Origin: Antedon mediterranea
Lineage: Eukaryota > Animalia > Echinodermata
NCBI RefSeq assembly: GCF_964355755.1
Contig: NC_092671.1
Coordinates: 40,310,304-40,374,303 of the forward strand
Length of the DNA stretch: 64,000 nt
Direction: 5' to 3'
Numbering within the stretch: position 1 is the stretch's first letter; every line of letters begins with the position of its first letter. The notes beneath the pieces were generated by a model, which saw nothing but the letters and a program-made list of their open reading frames with translations, had not been told where the DNA came from and made no database searches. Of this stretch, positions 35,901-48,300 are shown piece after piece. Position numbers and translations under genes: made by a program.

Positions 35901-38900
35901 ATTGGTATACATTGAATGATTAGTATTGGTATACATTGAATGATTAGTATTCGTATACATTGAATGATTAGTATTGGTATACATTGAATGATTAGTATTG
36001 GTATACATTGAATGATTAGTATTGGTATACATTGAATGATTAGTATTGGTATACATTGAATGATTAGTATTGGTATACATTGAATGATTAGTATTGGTAT
36101 ACATTGAATGATTAGTATTGGTATACATTGAATGATTAGTATTGGTATACATTGAATGATTAGTATTGGTATACATTGAATGATTAGTATTGGTATACAT
36201 TGAATGATTAGTATTGGTATACATTGAATGATTAGTATTGGTATACATTGAATGATTAGTATTGGTATACATTGAATGATTAGTATTGGTATACATTGAA
36301 TGATTAGTATTGGTATACATTGAATGATTAGTATTGGTATACATTGAATGATTAGTATTGGTATACATTGAATGATTAGTATTGGTATACATTGAATGAT
36401 TAGTATTGGTATACATTGAATGATTAGTATTGGTATACATTGAATGATTAGTATTGGTATACATTGAATGATTAGTATTGGTATACATTGAATGATTAGT
36501 ATTGGTATACATTGAATGATTAGTATTGGTATACATTGAATGATTAGTATTGGTATACATTGAATGATTAGTATTGGTATACATTGAATGATTAGTATTG
36601 GTATACATTGAATGATTAGTATTGGTATACATTGAATGATTAGTATTGGTATACATTGAATGATTAGTATTGGTATACATTGAATGATTAGTATTGGTAT
36701 ACATTGAATGATTAGTATTGGTATACATTGAATGATTAGTATTGGTATACATTGAATGATTAGTATTGGTATACATTGAATGATTAGTATTGGTATACAT
36801 TGAATGATTAGTATTGGTATACATTGAATGATTAGTATTGGTATACATTGAATGATTAGTATTGGTATACATTGAATGGTTAGTATTGGTATACTATAAC
36901 ACTTTGAAGATTGCTAGCAATTGGCAATTTGGAAAACCATTGCCAAAAGTAGACTTTATGTTTAAGAAGCCTATGTTCTGCTTGCTGTTATATATACTTT
37001 TTAAGATGCTTTCTTTTTACCATTTGTAAAAAGTTTGGCAATTTGGAAAAACTCTTGACAAAATTAGACTTTATGTTTAAGAAGTCTACGTTCTGCTTGC
37101 TGCTAAATTTAAGATACTTCTATTTACCCTTTTGGTATGTCAACCTGATCTGCATTTGCTGTTTTGGATTCTTCTGTTTCTGGCCAAAATAGTTTAGCCA
37201 TAGCCAAGGCAGCTGGAGCTGACATGACTGAAGCACTTATAAGGTGTGTTGCATCAATACCAAATGAGATATACGCTCCAAGAACGCTGCCGGCGATTGT
37301 GGCGAACCCTCCTGTCATTATCGCATGCAGTTCGGACAGTGTCATTTCTTTTATAAATGGACGGATCAATAGTGGAGCTTCTGTCTATAAAATATAGCGG
37401 TAATACTGAATAAATCAAGGAATGTTATTGCAGGTTCATGTTGCAAGGACTAAAATGGTAGATGTGTTCCTGTACTGTTCATAGTTACTTCTTAACAACA
37501 AGAAATAATGGTTATTGTCGTCCTATACTGTTCTTAGTTACTTCTTAATGGTCTACAATGTCTAAATTGGTAGGTGTGTTCATTTACTGTTCTTAGTTAC
37601 TTCTTAATGGTCTACAATGTCTAAAATGGTAGATGTGTTCATTTACTGTTCTTAGTTATTTCTTAATGGTCTACAATGTCTAAAATGGTAGATGTGTTCC
37701 TGTACTGTTTTAGTTATTTCTTAATGGTCTACAATGTCTAAATGGTAGGTGTGTTCATTTACTGTTCTTAGTTATTTCTTAATGGTCTACAATGTCTAAA
37801 TTGGTAGATGTGTTCCTGTACTGTTTTAGTTATTTCTTAATGGTCTACAATGTCTAAATGGTAGGTGTGTTCATTTACTGTTCTTAGTTACTTCTTAATG
37901 GTCTACAATGTCTAAAATGGTAGGTGTGTTCATTTACTGTTCTTAGTTACTTCTTAATGGTCTACAATGTCTAAAATGGTAGGTGTGTCCATTTACTGTT
38001 TTAGTTATTTCTTAATGGTCTACAATGTCTAAAATGATAGGTGTGTTCCTTTACTGTTCTTAGTTACTTCTTAATGGTCTACAATGTCTAAAATGGTAGA
38101 TGTGTTCCTTTACTGTTCTTAGTTACTTCTTAATGGTCTACAATGTCTAAAATGGTAGGTGTGTTCATTTACTGTTCTTAGTTATTTCTTAATGGTCTGC
38201 AATGTCTAAAATGGTAGATGTGTTCCTTTACTGTTCTTAGTTACTTCTTAATGGTCTACAATGTCTAAAATGGTAGATGTGTTCCTTTACTGTTCTTAGT
38301 TACTTCTTAATGGTCTACAATGTCTAAAATGGTAGGTGTGTTCATTTACTGTTCTTAGTTATTTCTTAATGGTCTACAATGTCTAAAATGGTAGATGTGT
38401 TCATTTACTGTTCTTAGTTACTTCTTAATGGTCTACAATGTCTAAAATGGTAGATGTGTTCCTTTACTGTTCTTAGTTACTTCTTAATGGTCTACAATGT
38501 CTAAAATGGTAGGTGTGTTCATTTACTGTTCTTAGTTATTTCTTAATGGTCTACAATGTCTAAAATGGTAGATGTGTTCATTTACTGTTCTTAGTTACTT
38601 CTTAATGGTCTACAATGTCTAAAATGGTAGATGTGTTCATTTACTGTTCTTAGTTATTTCTTAATGGTCTACAATGTCTAAAATGGTAGATGTGTTCATT
38701 TACTGTTCTTAGTTACTTCTTAATGGTCTACAATGTCTAAATTGGTAGATGTGTTCATTTACTGTTCTTAGTTATTTCTTAATGGTCTACAATGTCTAAA
38801 ATGGTAGGTGTGTTCATTTACTGTTCTTAGTTATTTCTTAATGGTCTACAATGTCTAAAATGGTAGGTGTGTTCATTTACTGTTCTTAGTTACTTCTTAA

Positions 38901-41900
38901 TGGTCTACAATGTCTAAATTGGTAGATGTGTTCATTTACTGTTCTTAGTTATTTCTTAATGGTCTACAATGTCTAAAATGGTAGATGTGTTCCTTTACTG
39001 TTCTTAGTTACTTCTTAATGGTCTACAATGTCTAAAATGGTAGATGTGTTCATTTACTGTTCTTAGTTACTTCTTAATGGTCTACAATGTCTAAAATGGT
39101 AGGTGTGTTCCTTTACTGTTCTTAGTTATTTCTTAATGGTCTACAATGTCTAAAATGGTAGGTGTGTTCATTTACTGTTCTTAGTTACTTCTTAATGGTC
39201 TACAATGTCTAAAATGGTAGGTGTGTTCATTTACTGTTCTTAGTTATTTCTTAATGGTCTACAATGTCTAAAATGGTAGATGTGTTCCTTTACTGTTCTT
39301 AGTTACTTCTTAATGGTCTACAATGTCTAAAATGGTAGATGTGTTCATTTACTGTTCTTAGTTACTTCTTAATGGTCTACAATGTCTAAAATGGTAGATG
39401 TGTTCATTTACTGTTCTTAGTTACTTCTTAATGGTCTACAATGTCTAAATTGGTAGATGTGTTCATTTACTGTTCTTAGTTATTTCTTAATGGTCTACAA
39501 TGTCTAAAATGGTAGATGTGTTCATTTACTGTTCTTAGTTACTTCTTAATGGTCTACAATGTCTAAAATGGTAGATGTGTTCATTTACTGTTCTTAGTTA
39601 CTTCTTAATGGTCTACAATGTCTAAATTGGTAGATGTGTTCATTTACTGTTCTTAGTTACTTCTTAATGGTCTACAATGTCTAAAATGGTAGGTGTGTTC
39701 ATTTACTGTTCTTAGTTACTTCTTAATGGTCTACAATGTCTAAATGGTAGGTGTGTTCATTTACTGTTCTTAGTTACTTCTTAATGGTCTACAATGTCTA
39801 AAATGGTAGATGTGTTCATTTACTGTTCTTAGTTACTTCTTAATGGTCTACAATGTCTAAAATGGTAGGTGTGTTCATTTACTGTTCTTAGTTACTTCTT
39901 AATGGTCTACAATGTCTAAAATGGTAGATGTGTTCATTTACTGTTCTTAGTTACTTCTTAATGGTCTACAATGTCTAAAATGGTAGGTGTGTTCATTTAC
40001 TGTTCTTAGTTACTTCTTAATGGTCTACAATGTCTAAAATGGTAGGTGTGTTCATTTACTGTTCTTAGTTACTTCTTAATGGTCTACAATGTCTAAAATG
40101 GTAGATGTGTTCATTTATTGTTCTTAGTTATTTCTTAATGGTCTACAATGTCTAAAATGGTAGGTGTGTTCCTTTACTGTTCTTAGTTACTTCTTAATGG
40201 TCTACAATGTCTAAAATGGTAGATGTGTTCATTTATTGTTCTTAGTTATTTCTTAATGGTCTACAATGTCTAAAATGGTAGGTGTGTTCCTTTACTGTTC
40301 TTAGTTATTTCTTAATGGTCTACAATGTCTAAAATGGTAGGTGTGTTCCTATAGGCCTACTGTTCTTAGTTATTTCTTATTATTTTTACCATCTTTAAAA
40401 CTATAAACTTACCATGCCAACGAATATATTACCAGCAGCATTAAGCGATTCACTGGCTGATGTCTTCATCGTGTTTTGCATTAGCCAGGCTACTTTACTA
40501 ATGATAACTTGCATTACTCCCAGATAGTATAATACTGAGATGACACTACTGAAATAGATAACCACTGGCAGAACCTGGCAGAAACAAATCAGACAGACTT
40601 TGATATTATTTTGAATTTTAGCTTAAGATTAGGACTTGAGAACTTAGCTCATTTGTCCCTTCATATATCGATTAAAAAAAAACAACTGCCATGGTTTTGG
40701 AGGAAATGGGTAAAATGGTCGCGCAAACAAGCAAACTTAAGAATGTCTATACTATTAAATTATATGTGTCAAAAAAATGTGATGTGCTCATATATGGACA
40801 TGATGATGTCATATTACTACAACATTTTGGAATATCACTATCATACTTTTTTTGTAAAAACTAGTTTGATAGTGTAGACAGAGCTTAGCAAACATAGGCT
40901 TACCAAATTTTACAATTTGTTTTGCTTACTGAAAATGCAAAGTAATGATCCAGATAATTTTCACCAAACACAAATTCTGCTCCAACGTTTGCAAAGCCAA
41001 GGAATATCGTTACGATGTCTCCGAGCCAATCGAATATTGTCAGTCCGATATCGGTGCGAAGGACAAATAATCCAAGCAGAAACTGAAGTACTAAACCCCA
41101 AATCACTGGCCGCCATTTAATCTAAAAATGATAAGTCAGTATGAGGGAAAATTCAAATACAATTCGTAATGTTTATTTCTGCTCGGAATCGATAATATAA
41201 TAATATATAAATTTAATTAATTTTATCGAAATCAAACCTAATCAACAAATAACAACACTGGTGATCTTGAAACGTTCAAGCAGAGGTCCATGTAGTCAGC
41301 TGTTTAATAAGGTAACAGTTGATTGCATTGGCGCCGTGTAGAACAGGCTAATAATTTGCTACTTCGGACGATGTCTCAAATGTAAGTTTATCTGAACATT
41401 ATGGTACAGACATGCTATACAGGTCATCCTAGTATATTAACAACTATACTTACCGAAACGTAACCTATATTAATCAGCAAATGTTTACGTTCGGCATCAT
41501 TATTTTCAACATTTTTAAAGTATCCGCTCGAGCATTATACTGCCCTCAATATAGTATTTGTTGTAAATCATTTAATTAGTATTTATATCTCTTTTTATAT
41601 TTTAGCTCTGCTATATTTCTATTCAGTGCTCTTTTGTTGAAAATATAAACAAAAATGGTTTTATTTACAATGGTTATGTAATGTTCAGTAGACCTACCTG
41701 TCTAGGGTGTTTAGAGAAAACGTAAGTTAGGAACACGAATATCAACAGCCCTGCTGCTGAAACAAGTTGTTCTGGACTTTGTCTTGTTATAAAAACTATT
41801 GCAATAACATGGCCTGCAATAATGATGATATACACTGGCCTAAAAGAAGATAAATACAAATATATACATGAAACGCCTTTATTATTAGCTTGTCGCAGTA

Positions 41901-44602
41901 TTGCGTGGGGAGTGGATCACTTACGGTTTGTAGTTTGTTGTTGGCTCTCTTGAAAATATAACCGCATAGTCGGTGGGAGCAAACACCTAAATGATTGTCT
42001 ATAATCTGATTTTAGTGATTCAAAATTACCATTTGATATACTCCCATTTCTCCATTATCTTCTCCCATACTGGTTTCCAGCATTTTGTGTTGATGGCTTC
42101 CCCAAAACTATCACGTATTGCACCGTATATTAACGCAAACGCAACGATTCCCGTCCAAATTGCCAAAATCTGTGCACTCTCCCAGTCGTAGTAACATGCG
42201 TAACTAAAGTAGGCAATGTACGCCAAGAGGAAGACTATTTTGGTTACACCTATGATGATGGTTTTGTGTTTGTTGTAAAATGTTGAAAACGATGCACCAC
42301 AGGAATCTACAACCTGAAAGATAATGTAGTAGTAACAGTTTATTGTTGAAATTTAACGAAAAATGATATTTCAAGGGCTGATAGTGAATCAAGTAATATT
42401 GAAACTCATGTATCAGTATTCTTAAGTATGTTTAATGTATTTTTGTGTTTTTTTTCAAAATTTGTTCTTCTACGTCCTGAGGACCCCATTTGATATAAGT
42501 CCCACATCGGTACTTTCATGTGCTATTCTGTATCTAATTTGTCTTTTAAATTGAAATTGTATATTCATATATCTTGTATCATAAATTTTGTATGTTTTTA
42601 ATGAGATGCAAATAAATTAAATCAAATATTCTTGAGTTGCCTACTGTAGTTTTCACAACAACAAACTGGTTGCGTATTGCCGATTATTAGGCATAAATAT
42701 TTATAATTGAAACTGAGTTAAATAATATAAAATATATAATTACTGCCCAACATCGATCAGATGGTGAAGTTTTTGTGTGACTGACGTCATCTGCTTCATT
42801 TGTGACGTCATCTGCTTCACCTTTGACGTCATCTGCTTCATTTGTGTCGTGATCTACTGTGATATTTTCATATTCAAATCCACTGTTGTCTATTCCACTG
42901 GGTTCCTTATAGTTTTTCAACTCCACAGCATTCTAACAAAACAGAGTAATTTCTAAATTACCTTAATTGACGTTACATACAATAATTTAAATCCAGAGCA
43001 TTGAATATGAAACTATAGCGTGTACTTTTAAAACAAAATAGACAGTGTTTCTATGAGACATTCCAAGTATTTCACAGGACATTGTATAAAATACAAAATC
43101 TCTGATTCACAGTAGCCTCTCTAAATAATTTAATTGTTAGTATTTAGATAAACGTGTATTACATCTACATTGTCATACAAAAAAAGTCTCCGTATAAAGA
43201 TAATATTATTTTGAATATTAATAGTGAACATTGAAATTACAAAAACAGGCCACACGATATGTTTGATAGAGAGGTGTGCTAAATCACAATAAAGTAAATA
43301 TATTTATCGCTGGCACAAGAAAGACAGATTCATGCAAATATTTACATTAATCAAATAATCTTATAGACAAACTCTAAACGAACTTATCCTTGCATAGTCA
43401 TACTCTAGGACGAATAACCATACCCATGCTTATTAGAACGAATACTCGGAATTCGAATACGAATAGTCACAACTTGAGGACAAATTGTCAGAGGTAGAAG
43501 AAGCATAGTCAGAACTCGGAGACAAATAGTTAGAATTCGGAGAAGCATAGTCAGAACTCGGGGTCATATCCATAATTACAATAAATGTCTAAATATGATA
43601 TCTATTTTAATTACTAAAATCGACACATAGAAAGAAAGATTTTAATTATCATTTTCCATTTTCCTTGCTTATACCATCAATAGAATTTAAACACAGTAGT
43701 TTAAAGTGCAAGGATGTACACTGATAAGAACAGAAATTGGAATATCATTGTAGAATCAATGATAGCTATAAAGCAATGAAAGATGAAGACAAATTTATCT
43801 ATTATGATTATCAATCATGATAGGAGAAGGTTGACTTTGATTATCAACTAATAATATTGATAAATGACTGGAGTTATATAAAGAGTATTAAATCTTAATA
43901 GGTTAATTTATGACAGATTGAACTGCATTTCATTTCATTTATTAGGCCTACGTGTGTATAACCTTTAAAGCAAATGTTTATATTTAAGTATGCTTACAAA
44001 TAAAACTAAAGCTGACCTGCAAATTCTATTTGCTACTTGAACATTAGCACTCAACAATGAGGTAAATGAACGATAATGTTATCTTGGCATAAACATGAAT
44101 TTATTTTATCTAGGTTATGTAAAATGAAAACATGTTGGAAATAATATTATTATCAAAGCTCTTGTCCATTTTCAATTCAATTCGCTACAAAGGAACACGT
44201 ATACATATCTTAAAAACATTTAATAAGACAATACCAAAATATGGTTATTCCAAACTAATCTGTAAAAGCTATGATAGATTGCGTATGCATGTATGAATTA
44301 TTTCCAACAATTACCGTAGTAGAAATATGAATAAACGCTTTGTTTTATTTTTAACTTCAAATAGACTTCGCAACCAATCTAACTTGTATTGATGTACAAC
44401 CTCACATAGCTGGTAAAACCAAATTCGCCACAAAGTTGCGGTTTCGTGCAGAGAAAGAGTGCTAGCTAGCTAGAGTGAACCAAGTAGAAATGAACTTTCA
44501 AAATATAACTAATAATCTTGTCTGCGATAATAAAATTCGATAACTAAACTAAAGTTTATTGAATTAGGCCTACTGTCTTCTAATTCTCCTTACCTGTTCC
44601 AT
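32977..44602 (-). CDS. SLC28A3: SLC28/CNT Na+-nucleoside cotransporter paralog A (about 607 aa)
   Basis: Exons 44602-44594 (tentative MEQ), 42932-42744, 42313-42030, 41839-41698, 41121-40930, 40574-40413, 37384-37128, 35464-35290, 34895-34737, 33611-33431, 33050-32977. Motifs [41 protein letters not shown]. The symbol is family-level (SLC28A3-like). Confidence 0.9.
33682..33865. mobile_element. MITE with imperfect TIRs
   Basis: ataaggttta..gcaaat..gcatgatgggaag versus cttcctatcatgc..atttgcaataaaccttat. Confidence 0.55.
34005..34316 (-). mobile_element. tRNA-derived SINE with L2-like tail
   Basis: A box tggcgcagtg, B box ggttcgaatcc, core ccacccaggtgtataaatgggtacc, tail aagcgcctttgag..ggcgctatataaat(TTA)n. 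Confidence 0.8.
34584..34718. mobile_element. PIF/Harbinger-like MITE
   Basis: tggttcccactagagatgcaacgca / tgcgttgcgtctctagtggaaacca. Confidence 0.7.
35512..35700. mobile_element. PIF/Harbinger-like MITE
   Basis: gggtctttcacacctgttccggca / tgccggaacaagtgtgaaagaccc in a TWA context. Confidence 0.8.
35783..36895. repeat. 24-bp minisatellite, about 46 near-identical copies (intronic)
   Basis: (acattgaatgattagtattggtat)n. Confidence 0.97.
37450..40380. repeat. ~60-bp minisatellite filling almost the whole intron
   Basis: (tactgttcttagttacttcttaatggtctacaatgtctaaaatggtagatgtgttcatt)n, with a few recurrent variant sites. Confidence 0.97.
40742..40886. mobile_element. Harbinger-like MITE, same family as 60853-60989
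   Basis: tgtctatactattaaa.. / tttgatagtgtagacagagctt. Confidence 0.65.
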
Positions 44603-45228
44603 GATGAACTTCACAGGCACTAGTAGTTAGTAGTTAGTAGTTAGTTTAGTCCCAGCTATATTCTCCATGTACGTTAATGGAAGGTATTGTAGTTATTCGT
44701 GTATTGTGTACTCTGACCGTAGACCTATATTACTACCTTAGGTAAATATATACTGTTGTCGTCACACTTCACCCATGAAGGTTCCACGACGGATATACTA
44801 CCAGAAAAACTAACAATGTGAATACCGGTGGTATGTGGTACCGTACCAGAAATTTGGTAAAACTTTATTTTTTTTCTGATCAAATCAAGTTTTACTTTAA
44901 CACCCATTTCGTCAGGAAGAAACATCATGAAACTATAATCGTCTAAGTACTCAACTTTATTATAATATCTAGGCTATATGCAGTATAAAATGAGTTCCAC
45001 AACCGTTACTATACTTCGTATCAAACAAGAAACAAACTTGTCGAAGTAACATTGATAATTAAAAATTAGATGTTAGTTGTAAAATATAGACGGGTTAAAA
45101 AATGATATGAAAGAACGAAATAAAAAATATCTGTTAGTTAAAAATGTTTTCTATATACAGTAATACTAATTCATTAATTAAATTATGGTATTACACACAG
45201 TAATACACTGCATATTTTACATGTAAAA

Positions 45229-45378
45229 AATATCTCCAGATGTTGATGTATTAATCGGCTGAATTACGTAACTGGCGTAATCGTCGTAGCATTCATCATC
45301 ATCAATATCTCCAGATGTTGATGTATTAATCGGCTGAATTACGTAACTGGCGCAATCGTCGTAGCATTCATCATCATC
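45229..45378. repeat. 75-bp tandem duplication spanning the stop codon of CNT paralog B
   Basis: aatatctccagatg...cattcatcatcatc occurs twice with one visible mismatch. Confidence 0.9.
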
Positions 45379-48300
45379 GTCATCTCTTCAAGGTTCTCTT
45401 CGTATAAAATACCTGAAAGGAACCACACAGTTAGTAAGCAATGTTGAAGGAAATGGGATGCTACAACTGCTATCCACTAATTGTAGGCCTACGTATATGT
45501 TTGCACATTTAATAATTATAGTATTTTCATAAAAATCTCGGAAAGTGTGAGCCAAGTTGGTGGTATTTCGTGGTTTTTCATTTTCACACTTGTGCTAAAC
45601 AGCGCATAGAGACTATTTGTATTTTGCGCTATATAAATTTAAAACCATTAACCATTATTTATTAATTTTGTGTTCTCTCTAATCGACAAAAAATGTTTGT
45701 AAATACATACCTGCAATACAAGCGGTCATAAAACAAGCAATCGTTCCAGCGATGAGAGCTCGAATAGCAACAGTGGCAAAGTCGGCTTTCCGAGACGGAG
45801 CCATTGGAGTAAGTCCTCCAAGTTGAACTCCAATGGAGCCTATGTTAGCAAATCCACACAGACAATATGTGGCGATGACTTCGGACCGTTTCTATATACA
45901 AAATTAATAGTATTAATGTATTGAGTAAAATTTACTTGAGTATAAACAATAGTAGAGTTGGTGCGCACGCATTAATTTATAAAAAAAAATCGTAATATCG
46001 GACGCGCATACAAAATGTAATTCGTTGAGAAATAAAGGTAGTACTCTATACCTACCGATATTCTACCAGCTTCTATGAATTCCGCAAGTTTGAGGTAAGC
46101 AACAAATTCATTAAGAAATGTCTTAAGTCCAATCAACTCGGCAACTTCACGGCAATCTTCCCATTCTACACCCATTATAAAGGCAAGCGGCATGAACACA
46201 TATGAACAGATCAACTAAAAGGACGATTTAAAATAAAAGGATATTGAAATGTATTACTGTCTCAATGCTACTCAGTGACTAAAAAGTTTCATTTAGGCTT
46301 ACAGATTAAAAAAACGTACCTCAAAAGTAAGATCTTCAATTCCTACAAGCCCACCAAGCCAAGTAAGCATGGCATTAAAAAACGCCAAGATGGCTAAGAA
46401 TGCAATCAGATTAGCTGCAATATTTGCAACAAGTGAGACGGCTGTAGAAGCGCCTACAGATGCTGCCTCGACAATGTTTCGTTCTTCACTGTAAACATTA
46501 AAAATAAAAGAAAAAGTTTAATGTAAAGAAAGTTATCAATTTCACTTATTGCATTTTAGGCCTACTTTTAATATAAGTTATAAAAAAACTACTGATGCTG
46601 CTTCAATAATATTTCGTTCTTCGTTGTGAAAAAAAAATAAACTAAAAGTTTGCTCTCAGAAATACCTTTAATAGGAATAGACACCAAACGTAAAGTGAAC
46701 AATAATATAAAACATTAAATTCGGATGAATCAACACAATGTGTGTGAAACGATGCTTATTTCCTTTTCAGCAGGATCTTCCAGAACATTGACATTTCAAA
46801 GAACGATGAAGCAAAATGAAAATTAAAGTAAAGTATTCACTTACCCTTTTGGTATCTTAACTTGCTCTACAGTCACCATTTTGGATTCTTCTGTTTCTGG
46901 CCAGAATAATTTAGCAATAGCCAGAGCAGCTGGTGCTGACATGACTGATGCACTGATTAAATGCGATGCATCGACACCAAATGAAATGTAAGCACCGAGA
47001 ACACTTCCTGCTATTGTAGCGAACCCTCCTGTCATAATGGCATGGATCTCAGAAAGCGTCATGTCTTTTAGAAATGGCCGAACCAGAAGCGGTGCTTCAG
47101 TCTGAAGGTTGAAAGTAAAATATACATTTTAGGCATACATATTGTATTGTATTGACAATATTGTTGAAAAACTAGCCAAATGGTGACGAATAAAATGGCA
47201 CAGTAGTCAAATCTATAATATAGTTGCTAAATAAAATTGTGTAGTTGCCGAATTAACTGGTATAGTTGCTAAATAAAATGGTGTAGTTCCCGAATTAACT
47301 GGTATAGTTGCTAAATAAAATGGTGTAGTTGCCGAATCAACTGGTATAGATGCTGAATAAAATGGTGTAGTTGCTAAATAAAATGGTGTAGTTGCCGAAT
47401 CAACTGGTATAGTTGCTGAATAAAATGGTGTAATTGCCGAATCAACTGGTATAGTTGCTAAATAAAATGGTGTAGTTGCTAAATAAAATGGTGTAGTTGC
47501 TAAATAAAATGGTGTAGTTGCCGAATCAACTGGTATAGTTGCTGAATAAAATGGTGTAGTTGCCGAATCAACTGGTATAGTTGCTGAATAAAATGGTGTA
47601 GTTGCCGAATTAACTGGTATAGTTGCTAAATAAAATGGTGTAGTTGCTAAATAAAATGGCGTAGTTGCCGAATTAACTGGTATAGTTGCTAAATAAAATG
47701 GTGTAGCTGCCGAATAAACTGGTATAGTTGCTAAATAAAATGGTGTAGTTGCCGAATCAAATGGTATAGTTGCTGAATAAAATGGTGTAGTTGCTAAATA
47801 AAATGGTGTAGTTGCCGAAAAAAATGGTATAGTTGCTGAATGAAATGTTGTAGTTGCCGAACAAAATGGTATAGTTGCTTAGAAAAATGGTATAGCTGCT
47901 GATTAAAATGGTATAGTTGCTGAATAAAATGGTATACCAGTAGCTCATGCTGAATAAAATGGTATAGCTGCTGAATAAAATGGTATAATTGCTGAATAAA
48001 ATGGTATAGCTGCTGAATAAAATGGAATAGCTGCCGAAAAACAATTGTTACCGACATTTCAAATGGTGAGAGTCTTGAACTGACCTGTCCAATGAATATG
48101 TTTCCGGCAGCATTGAGAGATTCTCCTGCGGATGTTTTCATTGTATACTGCATTAGCCAGGCAATTTTCTCGATAACGAACTGCATGGCACCAAGGTAGT
48201 ATAATACACTGATGACACTACTGAAATATATCACAACTGGAAGAACCTGGAGGAAAAAGGACAAATCTTTATAACTTGCATGTGACGCTATCATATAAAT

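Noticed and set aside
35754-36872. 372-aa (MYTNTNHS)n ORF
   Set aside because: By-product of a stop-free 24-bp intronic minisatellite; CNT-A splices correctly without it.
47757-48084. Repetitive ORFs YTILFSN and QQLYHFI
   Set aside because: Translation of the 21-bp minisatellite beyond the true donor at 48084.
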